Source: a virus
DNA length: 64,000 nt
Reading direction: 5' to 3' (one strand)
Virus record (IMG/VR): IMGVR_UViG_3300042691_030776
Shown here: piece after piece, positions 30,148-38,899 of the stretch
How the letters are laid out: each line of letters begins with the position of its first letter
Numbering within the stretch: the stretch's first letter is position 1
Notes under the pieces: generated by a model
The model's input: the letters and a program-made list of their open reading frames with translations, nothing else
Database searches by the model: none
Told to the model about the DNA's origin: nothing
Position numbers and translations under genes: made by a program

Positions 30148-30587
30148 TAATCTGTTTTTCCTTGATTTTTTACTAGCTCTTTGATGTCTGCCTTTGTTGT
30201 CATTGATGCCAATGTATCAATATCCGACATCTTCATTGCAGGATATAGGTCTATCAATGCTTTTTTTACTTCGCTGTTGCCGGAATCTTTTTTCTTGGGC
30301 GCGATCCATTGATGCCGATGTGCTCCCATGCCCGGACTCACGGATGTGGCCATGAGCCATTGAAGCTTGGGATGTTTGTTTACAGCAAAAAAATGTTTGT
30401 TAAGTCTTTCATTGGTGGCAATGACATAGAACTCTTGTAGTTCGCGGCCACCTTGTACACTGGACCCCCACCGTATCATGAGATAGTTTGAGAACTTTTT
30501 GCGTTCTTCGTCTGTGAGCTCGTCATAAAAATCGCGATTCTTGCGATCAAACTCTGACATTTCGTTTTGTATTGACAGCTTGTCCAT
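30147..30587 (-). CDS. Putative clamp loader small subunit (T4 gp62-like)
   Basis: FSNYLMIRW...N...HPKLQW...WI pattern; replication context. Confidence 0.5.
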   Translation of the reverse strand: MDKLSIQNEMSEFDRKNRDFYDELTDEERKKFSNYLMIRWGSSVQGGRELQEFYVIATNERLNKHFFAVNKHPKLQWLMATSVSPGMGAHRHQWIAPKKKDSGNSEVKKALIDLYPAMKMSDIDTLASMTTKADIKELVKNQGKTD

Positions 30588-31096
30588 TACCAGGCTTTGT
30601 TATAATCAACTACTTCACAGTTTCTGCTGACATCTTTGACAAAATAAACACAGTCAGGTTCCGGATCGTTGTTGAGAGGTATGCACAGCATCTGACCATT
30701 CTTGAGTTTGGGTGCATACCACGCAACATCATGATACACGTCCACGATCTCTATGTCAAGAAAACTGGGCCGGAACGATGTCAGTGGATTGAACTGGAAT
30801 GCTTTGAATCCTCGATCATTGATCGATGTCAGTGGTAGCATTTCTAAGTCTCCCATGTCGGGCTCACCTATGAGTATTTGCCAGTCGATGGGCATCTTTA
30901 CACGATGTTCGCCAATCTGTAGTACCAGTGCGGGAGAGTTAAAACTTTCAAGAAAGATCAAAGGTATGTAATGGTAGTCAGGATCTGAAGGATCTGAGTT
31001 GTCCAGGATCGCGAACCGCATGTCATCTACTTCTTCGGGTAGCGTATCTAAATCATAGGCTGTGTTGTCTAGTGTCAATATTTTCATGTTATCCAT
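30587..31096 (-). CDS. Conserved hypothetical protein (possible Hint-like beta fold)
   Basis: 169 aa beta-rich, acidic. Confidence 0.6.
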   Translation of the reverse strand: MDNMKILTLDNTAYDLDTLPEEVDDMRFAILDNSDPSDPDYHYIPLIFLESFNSPALVLQIGEHRVKMPIDWQILIGEPDMGDLEMLPLTSINDRGFKAFQFNPLTSFRPSFLDIEIVDVYHDVAWYAPKLKNGQMLCIPLNNDPEPDCVYFVKDVSRNCEVVDYNKAW

Positions 31097-31710
31097 TATA
31101 CGATGTTATTGCGTATTCCGCGACCTAAGATTACTCCATATTCACCAGATTGTAAAATCTGATATCCTTGGGTCATAAGATATGGTACCACTGCTCCGCC
31201 TTTGCCTATGTACACACCGTTGTATAGATAAGTGTCGTCAATGCAAACAACGCTACGCTGAGACATATAAGGCATCAGAGTAATCATTTGATCTAAATGG
31301 CTAACTTGGCAGTTGAGATTGGTCATTTCCAATCCCATTTTACGATACCACGCTTGTTGTTTTTGTATGTCTTCGCTGGGCAGAGCAGGTTCCCAATCCC
31401 AGTCAAAGTTATCCAAATACAGAACTTTTATTTGTCGAGCTCGTTGATCAAAACTCTGACACCAATCGTTGGCATCAGCACAAACAAACTCCAATCTTTC
31501 TAGGTGATCTTTATTTACAGTTTTAATCACACGATGGTAAGCTTCTGGATCAAGATCCACTGTGATCATTCTTGTATGGTGTGTGTTGGCGAGATCAGCA
31601 AAATACGCTGTGCTACCTTCCCAGCGATCCGACCCTATCTCTACCATGATCTCGTGAGGCTCAAAAAACCCATGAAGATATCGACCCACTTCGCGAAACA
31701 AACTGCCCAT
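31096..31710 (-). CDS. Class I SAM-dependent methyltransferase-like protein
   Basis: MVEIGS, ITVDLD, LYLD, CIDDT, GKG. Confidence 0.7.
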   Translation of the reverse strand: MGSLFREVGRYLHGFFEPHEIMVEIGSDRWEGSTAYFADLANTHHTRMITVDLDPEAYHRVIKTVNKDHLERLEFVCADANDWCQSFDQRARQIKVLYLDNFDWDWEPALPSEDIQKQQAWYRKMGLEMTNLNCQVSHLDQMITLMPYMSQRSVVCIDDTYLYNGVYIGKGGAVVPYLMTQGYQILQSGEYGVILGRGIRNNIV

Positions 31711-33176
31711 TATGTAGTCATCCACTCTAGTTTTTCTTGTGTGAACGGGTAGCGAGCTTCTTTGTAGTAGGCCTTGCGCTTGGTCAAGTGTCTTTTGGCA
31801 AATCGGCAGGTGGATGTGATATCCCAGATTTGAACATGGTCTTTGTCCTCTGCTTTTCTAATACCACGCCCAATACTCTGTATAACTCTGACAAAGCTCT
31901 TTCCGGGCTCCACAAGCACCAGATTGAAAATCCTAGGAATGTTAATACCAACAGCAGCCACACCATAGGTAGCAACAATAATCTTATCGGTAGCCTCAGC
32001 CACTTCATCATACTCATCCTGTCTGTCCTTTGCTTTGGTTGCACCACTCACAAACACAGCACGTTCACCAAGTCTACGTACTAACTCCTGCCCGGCCGTG
32101 ATACGATCTACTAACACCAAGGTATTGCCTGTTTCATTGACTTGGCTTATCAAACTAGCCATGGTATCAAGTCTGCCTGATTCTTCCAGCAGATATTTTA
32201 GTTCGCTCTGATAGTTGTTGTATTCAACATGGTCTACCAACTGCACAATATTGACATGGCATTGTGCCAGCACACCTCGATCCTGTAGTTCAGCGGCTGC
32301 CAATCTGTTTATTACTGGCCCAAGGCTGACATGTATGGCTTGGAACTCAAAGTCTTCTTTGGGTATAGTACCAGTCAGTCCCCAGCGAATCGGCACTTCT
32401 GCCATGACCCCTGTCAGCAAGGTTTTCAGTGCATCAGCTTTGGCCATGTGTACTTCGTCAACGATGACACACACAACACCCTCTAGGAACTCACCAATGG
32501 TGATATCTGCTGATTGGTTCTTGGTATTCTTTAACAGCACATTGAGACTCTGCCAAGTGCAGATGGTATGTTGGCGTCCAAACTCTTTGCGGTCACCAAA
32601 GAACACACCTACATCTAGTTCCATGTTGATGTAGTCTCGTTCTGTTTGTGTCACCAGACTTTTGTTTGGCACGATCACTATGCTTCGACCATACGGTGTT
32701 ACAGCATGGCTCAGTGCGGCTGTCATGATTGTTTTACCTGCACCTGTGGCCACTTCTTGTAGGCATTGTGGATTGGCTAGAAAGTTGTTGACAATCTCTA
32801 CCTGATAGTCACGCAACATGACAGGCTCTCCGGCCTGGGGGTGACCTTTGGGCCATGAGATATCTTTAAAAGAGTCTTCTCGTACTTGTTCAAACTCAAA
32901 TGTAGTAGAATATGTTCTCTGATCATCAAGTTCGATATCGTAATCGTATTCTTCAAGAATGGGAATGATTTCGGGTAACAGATTTACATAAGTGCTACCG
33001 CCCAGTTGGAAAAAAGAAACTTTGCCATCCCACCGGCCCAAACGTACCGCAGGTAGATAGCGAGCATAAGGAACATCGTATTTGAACTTGTTGACCAGAG
33101 CGCGGCGTGCATCCAGTTCTAGTCCTTCGATTTTGACATTGACTTCGTCAGTTATAATCAGTCGGGCAGTTCGCAT
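31710..33176 (-). CDS. uvsW: SF2 DNA helicase (UvsW-like)
   Basis: LRDYQ, ATGAGKT, DEVH, GLTGT, QSIGRGIR. Confidence 0.9.
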   Translation of the reverse strand: MRTARLIITDEVNVKIEGLELDARRALVNKFKYDVPYARYLPAVRLGRWDGKVSFFQLGGSTYVNLLPEIIPILEEYDYDIELDDQRTYSTTFEFEQVREDSFKDISWPKGHPQAGEPVMLRDYQVEIVNNFLANPQCLQEVATGAGKTIMTAALSHAVTPYGRSIVIVPNKSLVTQTERDYINMELDVGVFFGDRKEFGRQHTICTWQSLNVLLKNTKNQSADITIGEFLEGVVCVIVDEVHMAKADALKTLLTGVMAEVPIRWGLTGTIPKEDFEFQAIHVSLGPVINRLAAAELQDRGVLAQCHVNIVQLVDHVEYNNYQSELKYLLEESGRLDTMASLISQVNETGNTLVLVDRITAGQELVRRLGERAVFVSGATKAKDRQDEYDEVAEATDKIIVATYGVAAVGINIPRIFNLVLVEPGKSFVRVIQSIGRGIRKAEDKDHVQIWDITSTCRFAKRHLTKRKAYYKEARYPFTQEKLEWMTT

Positions 33177-33991
33177 TAAAGTATTGACAATGAAAAATAG
33201 TTATCGTTTATTATAACATTCTCTTCGAGTGTTTGTCTAGCAAGTGTGAGATTTTTTTCCCAATCACATAGATTACCCAGAGACAAACTGCCCGGTAATG
33301 GTACAAGATTTTTTTGCTGACTCCATTCAAGAAACTCAGCAGGCGGTGTAGCTTGATATGGGCGTCGCAGATTTATGCCAACAAAGGCATCAATATTGTC
33401 CCAGTTGCAATCGTCTTCCCAAATGTCTTGATATATGTCAAGGTTCTGGAACTTTTCAAATGCAAATCTTCCGTGCCCCGGATATTCAACATAGAGATTA
33501 GAAACTTGCCAGGTAAATAGGTCTCGTTTAAAAGGATTATCAACTCTCCAGTTAGTAGAGTCTCGGAATGCATAGTTAAATGACTGCTCAATCAAGTGTA
33601 TGTGACAGTTCATTTCCTGATAGGCCTGGAAGTATTTGTTGTCAATCTTGAAAAGCAAATCACTGAGCTTTGGTATCTTGGCTCGAGTATCTGCCCAGGC
33701 CTTGTGCAGTGTATTCAACTGGCGTTGATCATACCAGTTTTCAGGTTTCTGGAATAGAGGAAGTTTTAACTTTCCTAAGATTTCATTGACAGTATCAATG
33801 TATTCTATTTCTTCTTGAATGAACCGTTGTGTGTTTCGCGGAAAGAAAAACTCATCAACAAGTTGCCCGCCGGACTTGTACCTATTGCCCTTTTCTTGGC
33901 TGGTTTCTACAAACCAAGTGGTAAACTTTTCGTGGTGAGCGTCAAATAAAATACTGTCGTTGGTTTTGTTCCAGGTGAGTTTCAATCTCAT
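33176..33991 (-). CDS. Hypothetical protein
   Basis: 271 aa; LNTLH...NCHIHLIE. Confidence 0.7.
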   Translation of the reverse strand: MRLKLTWNKTNDSILFDAHHEKFTTWFVETSQEKGNRYKSGGQLVDEFFFPRNTQRFIQEEIEYIDTVNEILGKLKLPLFQKPENWYDQRQLNTLHKAWADTRAKIPKLSDLLFKIDNKYFQAYQEMNCHIHLIEQSFNYAFRDSTNWRVDNPFKRDLFTWQVSNLYVEYPGHGRFAFEKFQNLDIYQDIWEDDCNWDNIDAFVGINLRRPYQATPPAEFLEWSQQKNLVPLPGSLSLGNLCDWEKNLTLARQTLEENVIINDNYFSLSIL

Positions 33992-34004
33992 AATAGTATC
34001 TTTT

Positions 34005-34033
34005 ATAATAAGAGATTGTATTTAAGAAGTCAA
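34005..34033 (-). promoter_or_regulatory. Sigma70-like promoter with nested TAAATA
   Basis: TTGACT-tctTAAATAcaatctct-TATTAT, 17-nt spacer. Confidence 0.55.
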
Positions 34034-34063
34034 AAAAACAGGCACCTTTTTAGGGGTGCCTGT
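34032..34063 (-). terminator. Intrinsic terminator of ATPase transcript
   Basis: ACAGGCACC-loop-GGTGCCTGT followed by a U-tract on the minus strand. Confidence 0.85.
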
Positions 34064-34069
34064 GTCAAA

Positions 34070-34110
34070 GTTGGAATGTCTAGGAGCTAGACTATTGATG
34101 ACACTCCAAC
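34070..34110 (-). ncRNA. Candidate 3'-UTR hairpin RNA with anti-Shine-Dalgarno loop
   Basis: 11-bp stem GUUGGAGUGUC/GACAUUCCAAC (one G-U); 19-nt loop AUCAAUAGUCUAGCUCCUA. Confidence 0.55.
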
Positions 34111-34117
34111 GATACTG

Positions 34118-35140
34118 TCAATGTTTCATGACAGTATTTTCGGCCAGTGCTCGCCAGTTGGCGCTCACTTTGGTAAGGTCCGCAATCTTAAGAGCCATAC
34201 GCAGGCTCATTTCGCGGAGTTTGTCTTTGTTCTCGTCCATGAAGTTGAGAATCTCATCACCTTGTTCAGGTGTGAAGTCGTAGTCATTAAACAGTTGACC
34301 CTGGCGGAAGATCTGCTTGATACGCAGGAACTTGTCGCGCATGGTGTCCAAAGTCAGGTCCAAGAAGTGGCACCGGCTCTGCAGAGCTTCAAGGTGATCT
34401 TGCAGTTTCTTCGACTTGAGGTGATCAAACTTCAAGTTGGTAATAAAGATCGCAGAGCCTTTGAAGTCAAATGAGTCAGGCACACCTTCACGACGGAGCA
34501 TGGCTGAGTCGGAGTTCCAGCAAATACGACGCTTCTTGCCTGAGTCCAGGGCGGCCTTGAGGATGTTCAATGCCACGTCATCTTGGAACACACTGTCACA
34601 GTCATCAAACACCAAAACGTTGTTGGGATCACTGTGACGATACAGAGTGCAGTACAAGCCAATGGGTGTCATCGCACCTTTGATCACTTCGTACTTGATC
34701 TTGCGACCAGACAGCTGATCAAACAAGCCAGCCTTTTCCAGCTGGAACTCAACACCATAGGATTTGCCCACACCCGGAGGGCCAACTACGATCATGGCAC
34801 GGATGTCTCCGGCGATAGCGGCCTTGGTCATGTCGTCAAGGATGTTGAATCGTTGCTCAATACGATGCATGACTTCTTCGTCGGTTTCTACCTTGGCAGG
34901 TTGTTTGAACTCTACTACCTTGTCTGCTTGACCCATGGGCTCTCCATCTACAAACTCAATGTCATTGATGCTGTCAACTTTCACGCGGATTTCATCAGGG
35001 AAACCCGGAAAATAATCACCGTTGGCCACGGTAACAAAGTTACCTTTGGCGCTGGTAGTAAAATCTTTCACCAGTGCAAAAGTAGCATTGGTGATAGGCT
35101 TGTTGCGGTAAACGCCGCGAACGATACGAACTGTAGTCAT
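34118..35140 (-). CDS. AAA+/P-loop ATPase (early)
   Basis: Walker A GPPGVGKS, Walker B VLVFDD, IFITN sensor, ALQSR arginine finger. Confidence 0.88.
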   Translation of the reverse strand: MTTVRIVRGVYRNKPITNATFALVKDFTTSAKGNFVTVANGDYFPGFPDEIRVKVDSINDIEFVDGEPMGQADKVVEFKQPAKVETDEEVMHRIEQRFNILDDMTKAAIAGDIRAMIVVGPPGVGKSYGVEFQLEKAGLFDQLSGRKIKYEVIKGAMTPIGLYCTLYRHSDPNNVLVFDDCDSVFQDDVALNILKAALDSGKKRRICWNSDSAMLRREGVPDSFDFKGSAIFITNLKFDHLKSKKLQDHLEALQSRCHFLDLTLDTMRDKFLRIKQIFRQGQLFNDYDFTPEQGDEILNFMDENKDKLREMSLRMALKIADLTKVSANWRALAENTVMKH

Positions 35141-35172
35141 TTAGTCTGCTCCTAAAATGATTGTTAAACTGT

Positions 35173-35362
35173 ATTGTATGCTAGTGCTCTTTTTGTGTCA
35201 ACTGGCACTGTTTGCTACAACCTTTTTACTTACTATGCTAGTATTATAGCAAAATGGCTGTTTCTGGTCAACCCCGTGTTTTTCCGGGCTTTTTTGGTGT
35301 TGTTTTTTTGCAACATCTTTATTTTATGTTATTATTGTAGCATTTATCGCATTTCTGGTCAA
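35173..35362 (-). promoter_or_regulatory. Three tandem sigma70 promoters
   Basis: TTGACA-17-TACAAT (35173-35201), TTGACC-17-TATAAT (35243-35271), TTGACC-17-TACAAT (35334-35362). Confidence 0.85.
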
Positions 35363-35366
35363 CCAT

Positions 35367-35397
35367 AAAAAAAGGGCTAAAAATAGCCCTTTTTTTT
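35367..35397. terminator. Bidirectional intrinsic terminator
   Basis: AAAAAAAGGGCTA-AAAA-TAGCCCTTTTTTTT. Confidence 0.85.
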
Positions 35398-35411
35398 GTA
35401 GTAATAAACTA

Positions 35412-35810
35412 TTACATTATAGTACCAAGTGGATGGTTACGCATGTTGAACGTTATTGTTTCACCAGCACTGATCTCAAAATACCAGCCTGCCCAGTTGG
35501 GTGCAGGAGTGAATCCTAAGTCAGACGCTGGTTCTTCAGGTGCTTGTCCATTGATAAGAATATTCTGGCGCATATCGCAGAGTGCTTGTCCTAAGCAAGC
35601 TCCTACTGTGACTACCCCTGTAGTGACTGAAATACTCACAGCTGATATTGCATCGTCTGTGGCGTTGTCCCAATCAAACTCTAGTAAATGAAGATCTGTA
35701 TCCAGCGGCATTCCTTGCCCAACTTGACCACTGTGAATTTCAACTCCATCTTTGATCACTGTTATTGCTGCCGGAGTTGAAAAAACTCTTCCTAATATAT
35801 TTACTTGCAT
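35412..35810 (-). CDS. Hypothetical late protein
   Basis: 132 aa; TAAATA and RBS AAGGA upstream. Confidence 0.65.
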   Translation of the reverse strand: MQVNILGRVFSTPAAITVIKDGVEIHSGQVGQGMPLDTDLHLLEFDWDNATDDAISAVSISVTTGVVTVGACLGQALCDMRQNILINGQAPEEPASDLGFTPAPNWAGWYFEISAGETITFNMRNHPLGTIM

Positions 35811-35841
35811 AATAAATCCTTTATCTGATGATGTATTTATA

Positions 35842-36612
35842 CTATTTCCAATGTGTTAACACAGTTGTGTCATTGATTTCATGTGGTTTTGGTTGCCCGT
35901 GGAATATCAAGATACTTGTATCGTTGGGCAATACTGTGCCCGAGCCAGGATTTTTATGTTTACGATGTCTAAAATCGTAGCCACCATCCAGCAGTTCCCA
36001 GCGCCAGCTTTTCACACAATTTTGATCAAAATAACCTACCTGTCCGACAGGCACTTTTTCTTGGATATAATCTTGGTCTCCGTGCCAGGGTGATTTACGA
36101 TGGGCAACTTCGCCGGGTTCAAACTCCCTGTAGACATAGTTAAACTTGGTTGGATCAAACCACATCACTGATGAGTTCAAGGTAGCACGGCTGGGCCGGA
36201 ACAGGTACTTGAAATCTTGCACTGCCCATAACTTATCTGTGGGCAACCGCCATATCCAATCTATGTTGCCCACTATCACTGTGTCTAAATCAAAATACAA
36301 CATGGGCCCAGAATGGTATCGTGAATCAAAAAGCTGTATCTTATACCACCAGCTACGTTTGGGTCCGCGTATGCCGGGCCACTCTTGCAGATGATGATGT
36401 ATCATATGCCCTGGCACCACTCTGTTCTTTTCGGTATACACATGCATACGCACCGTGGGTGTGAGATTGCGACACAGGCTGTTATACAAACGCTCAACAT
36501 AGTTCCACTGATACTGTACATCATGTATAAGGCAAGCACAGTCAATGGTCGTCAACACTGTTGGCTGTTGGGCCTGCGCTTTTCTAGCTCGTTTTTCTTC
36601 TTTGGTTTCCAT
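35842..36612 (-). CDS. GT-A glycosyltransferase (GT8-like)
   Basis: WWYKIQLF, YFDLDTVI, NSSVM, GDQDYI, FHGQPKP. Confidence 0.8.
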   Translation of the reverse strand: METKEEKRARKAQAQQPTVLTTIDCACLIHDVQYQWNYVERLYNSLCRNLTPTVRMHVYTEKNRVVPGHMIHHHLQEWPGIRGPKRSWWYKIQLFDSRYHSGPMLYFDLDTVIVGNIDWIWRLPTDKLWAVQDFKYLFRPSRATLNSSVMWFDPTKFNYVYREFEPGEVAHRKSPWHGDQDYIQEKVPVGQVGYFDQNCVKSWRWELLDGGYDFRHRKHKNPGSGTVLPNDTSILIFHGQPKPHEINDTTVLTHWK

Positions 36613-37466
36613 TATGTTTTCAATGCTGATTCAAGTCTGCGGTACCACAAACCTTGAGCTATTTCTTCCTGGGTGTATTCTGTGTGGCATATCTCAACGA
36701 TCCACTGATCTCGATCCACGGTGTAGGGCTGTTCAATATCGCTGATCTTTGTACTTACCGGCCAGGCCAGGCTGGATCTATCTACTATGGGTCTAGTTCC
36801 GGCCAAGGCCGCTTGTATGCCTGGGCCTGAGTTATAGTTGACAATGGCATGACAATCAAAGGTCAAGTTGTAGCTGTCATAGGTATTGACTATTTTAACA
36901 GGTTGTTCTATGACAACATCTCGAGGCAAATGTACAAGTCCAGCCCAATCCAAAGGACTTCTAGGATGCGGTCTTACCACGATGGGTCGATCTGTTACTC
37001 TACGTAGTTGTTCTACCTGGTCAACTACCCACCCCTCCACGCTGGCCAAGCCCACTGCTTGTTGACTGCGAGCATGCTGTGCCGCTATCACTATCTTGGG
37101 GTTGCGACTGACATTGATGGCTTGGCTGATACCCAGTCTTTTGGGGCGATTCCAATCTAGATTTTCTGTGTGCCCGTAGTAGCCGTTAGCGGTGATAGAG
37201 TTTACAGCAATCTTCCAAGTTTCACCGCGATATAGAGATCCTATGTCTATGATAATGACTGGCTTGTTTTGGCCGCGATAATGCGACCATACCATCTGAT
37301 TGGCAGCTAGACGTCCAGACCACAACACTGACCATATCACTGCTGTGTCAGCATCCTGAGAGTTTTCTACTGGCTCAAGGCCATGTCTACGACAACCATC
37401 TAGGAACGCAGACAGTATAGAGGAACCATTTAAGGCAACTTGTTTTGGAAAATAGGCTATACGCAT
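36612..37466 (-). CDS. GT-B glycosyltransferase-like (KpsS/capsule synthesis-like C-terminus)
   Basis: DRPIVVRPHP, VNYNSGPGIQA. Confidence 0.65.
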   Translation of the reverse strand: MRIAYFPKQVALNGSSILSAFLDGCRRHGLEPVENSQDADTAVIWSVLWSGRLAANQMVWSHYRGQNKPVIIIDIGSLYRGETWKIAVNSITANGYYGHTENLDWNRPKRLGISQAINVSRNPKIVIAAQHARSQQAVGLASVEGWVVDQVEQLRRVTDRPIVVRPHPRSPLDWAGLVHLPRDVVIEQPVKIVNTYDSYNLTFDCHAIVNYNSGPGIQAALAGTRPIVDRSSLAWPVSTKISDIEQPYTVDRDQWIVEICHTEYTQEEIAQGLWYRRLESALKT

Positions 37467-37468
37467 AA

Positions 37469-37484
37469 GGTTAAATATTTAACC
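37469..37484. promoter_or_regulatory. Palindromic bidirectional late promoter
   Basis: GGTTAAATATTTAACC perfect 16-bp palindrome with TAAATA on both strands, between divergent ATGs. Confidence 0.75.
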
Positions 37485-38288
37485 ATGAAACTACCACCCT
37501 TACAAGGAACCCTAGATCAACCAGGATTCTTTATCTATGCTGCCGCTGACGCTACATATTTTGATGAGTATGCTGTGCCGTTGATCAACAGCGTGATCAA
37601 AAATACTCCGCACGGAATCCATATACACATCTACAACCCCAGACCAGACCAGATTGAGCGTTGCCAAAACACTCCCAAAGTGTCAGTGACTTGGGAAACC
37701 TTTGACGAGACTCTGTTCAAATCGGCTCTGAAGTTCTGGACTAGGTCAGACTTGCCCGATCCATATCTTGCTCGCAGAAATCGCATGCTGGGTACCAAAG
37801 TAGTAAACAAGAATTTGCCCCTAGAAGAAAATCTAGCAGTTTGGTTGAAGAAAACCTACTATGCCTGTGTGCGTTTTATCCGACTGGCTGAGTTGGTAAA
37901 ACAACCTAGGTCGTTCTTGGCTATCGATGTGGATGGTATAGTGCGGAGTTCTTTCCAATACGAGTTTGATGACAACAAAGATTTCTACTTGCATGTCAAA
38001 GAAAAAGGCGGGCACCTGGCTGGAGTATTGCTGGGTACTCGTAATCCTCGTTCGGTAGAGTTCATACAACGTCTGGCCAATGACATATCACGCGAGTTTG
38101 AGCAGGACAACATCTACTGGTTCTTAGATCAATATTGCTTAGACAACCTAGTAGACCAGTACAACAAAGGCTATCTGCCACTGAGCTACATTGATTGGCA
38201 CATGAAACCTGAAAGTGCGATATGGTCTGCCAAGGGTAGACGCAAAGAACTAGCAGTGTTCAAGCAAGAACAAGATCGCTACCGATGA
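37485..38288 (+). CDS. GT-A glycosyltransferase-like protein
   Basis: YYACVRF, AIDVDG (DxD), WFLDQ; start refined to ATG 37485. Confidence 0.65.
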   Translation: MKLPPLQGTLDQPGFFIYAAADATYFDEYAVPLINSVIKNTPHGIHIHIYNPRPDQIERCQNTPKVSVTWETFDETLFKSALKFWTRSDLPDPYLARRNRMLGTKVVNKNLPLEENLAVWLKKTYYACVRFIRLAELVKQPRSFLAIDVDGIVRSSFQYEFDDNKDFYLHVKEKGGHLAGVLLGTRNPRSVEFIQRLANDISREFEQDNIYWFLDQYCLDNLVDQYNKGYLPLSYIDWHMKPESAIWSAKGRRKELAVFKQEQDRYR

Positions 38289-38899
38289 AAAAAGTTTTTT
38301 CCTACTGGTTGCCCGATGATGAAGATCATTTTAGTTCTTTTATCAACAGATATGCCAAATGGGGCGAGCCTCCTGAATATCAATATCAGGTGCGTAACAA
38401 GGCCATGACCTTTGTAGACAAGTTCGATGTCAGCGTGGACATAGGAGCCAATCTGGGTCTGTGGAGCCAGAGCTTGGAACAAAAATTTTTACAAAACTAC
38501 GGTATAGAACCCATACAGGAGTTTTCGCAATTTCTCAACCTGAACGCACCACGCACCCGTGTCATATACACAGCATTAGGATCCAGTCCAGGATCGCTGA
38601 ACATGACCAGAGATCAACACAACTACGGCAAAAATCAAATCTGTGATACGGGTAACATCACAGTATCAATACAAAAACTGGACGATCTAGATTTACCCCC
38701 AGCAGATTTTATCAAGATAGATGTTGAAGGGTTTGAATACGAGGTTTTAAAAGGTGGGGAACAATATATAAAAAGCTCCTATCCAGTGTTGGTAGTTGAG
38801 CAAGAACAAAAAAAATCTGTGTCTACACAACTATTGTTGTCCTGGGGATACAGTGTAGTAGATAGTTTCAAACACGATTACATATATAAACGACTATGA
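38285..38899 (+). CDS. FkbM-family methyltransferase
   Basis: VDIGANLG, IEP, FIKIDVEGFE. Confidence 0.88.
   Translation: MKKVFSYWLPDDEDHFSSFINRYAKWGEPPEYQYQVRNKAMTFVDKFDVSVDIGANLGLWSQSLEQKFLQNYGIEPIQEFSQFLNLNAPRTRVIYTALGSSPGSLNMTRDQHNYGKNQICDTGNITVSIQKLDDLDLPPADFIKIDVEGFEYEVLKGGEQYIKSSYPVLVVEQEQKKSVSTQLLLSWGYSVVDSFKHDYIYKRL

Noticed and set aside
30587-31096. Free-standing intein/Hint protein
   Set aside because: Only a vague resemblance; no N-terminal Cys/Ser, TxxH or terminal HN
34056-34283. Plus-strand ORF with apparent RBS TAGGAG and ATG at 34098
   Set aside because: Antisense to the ATPase with no promoter seen; better explained as the complement of an anti-SD loop, though not fully excluded
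35174-35368. 64-aa plus-strand ORF
   Set aside because: Lies over the triple promoter array, which explains the sequence
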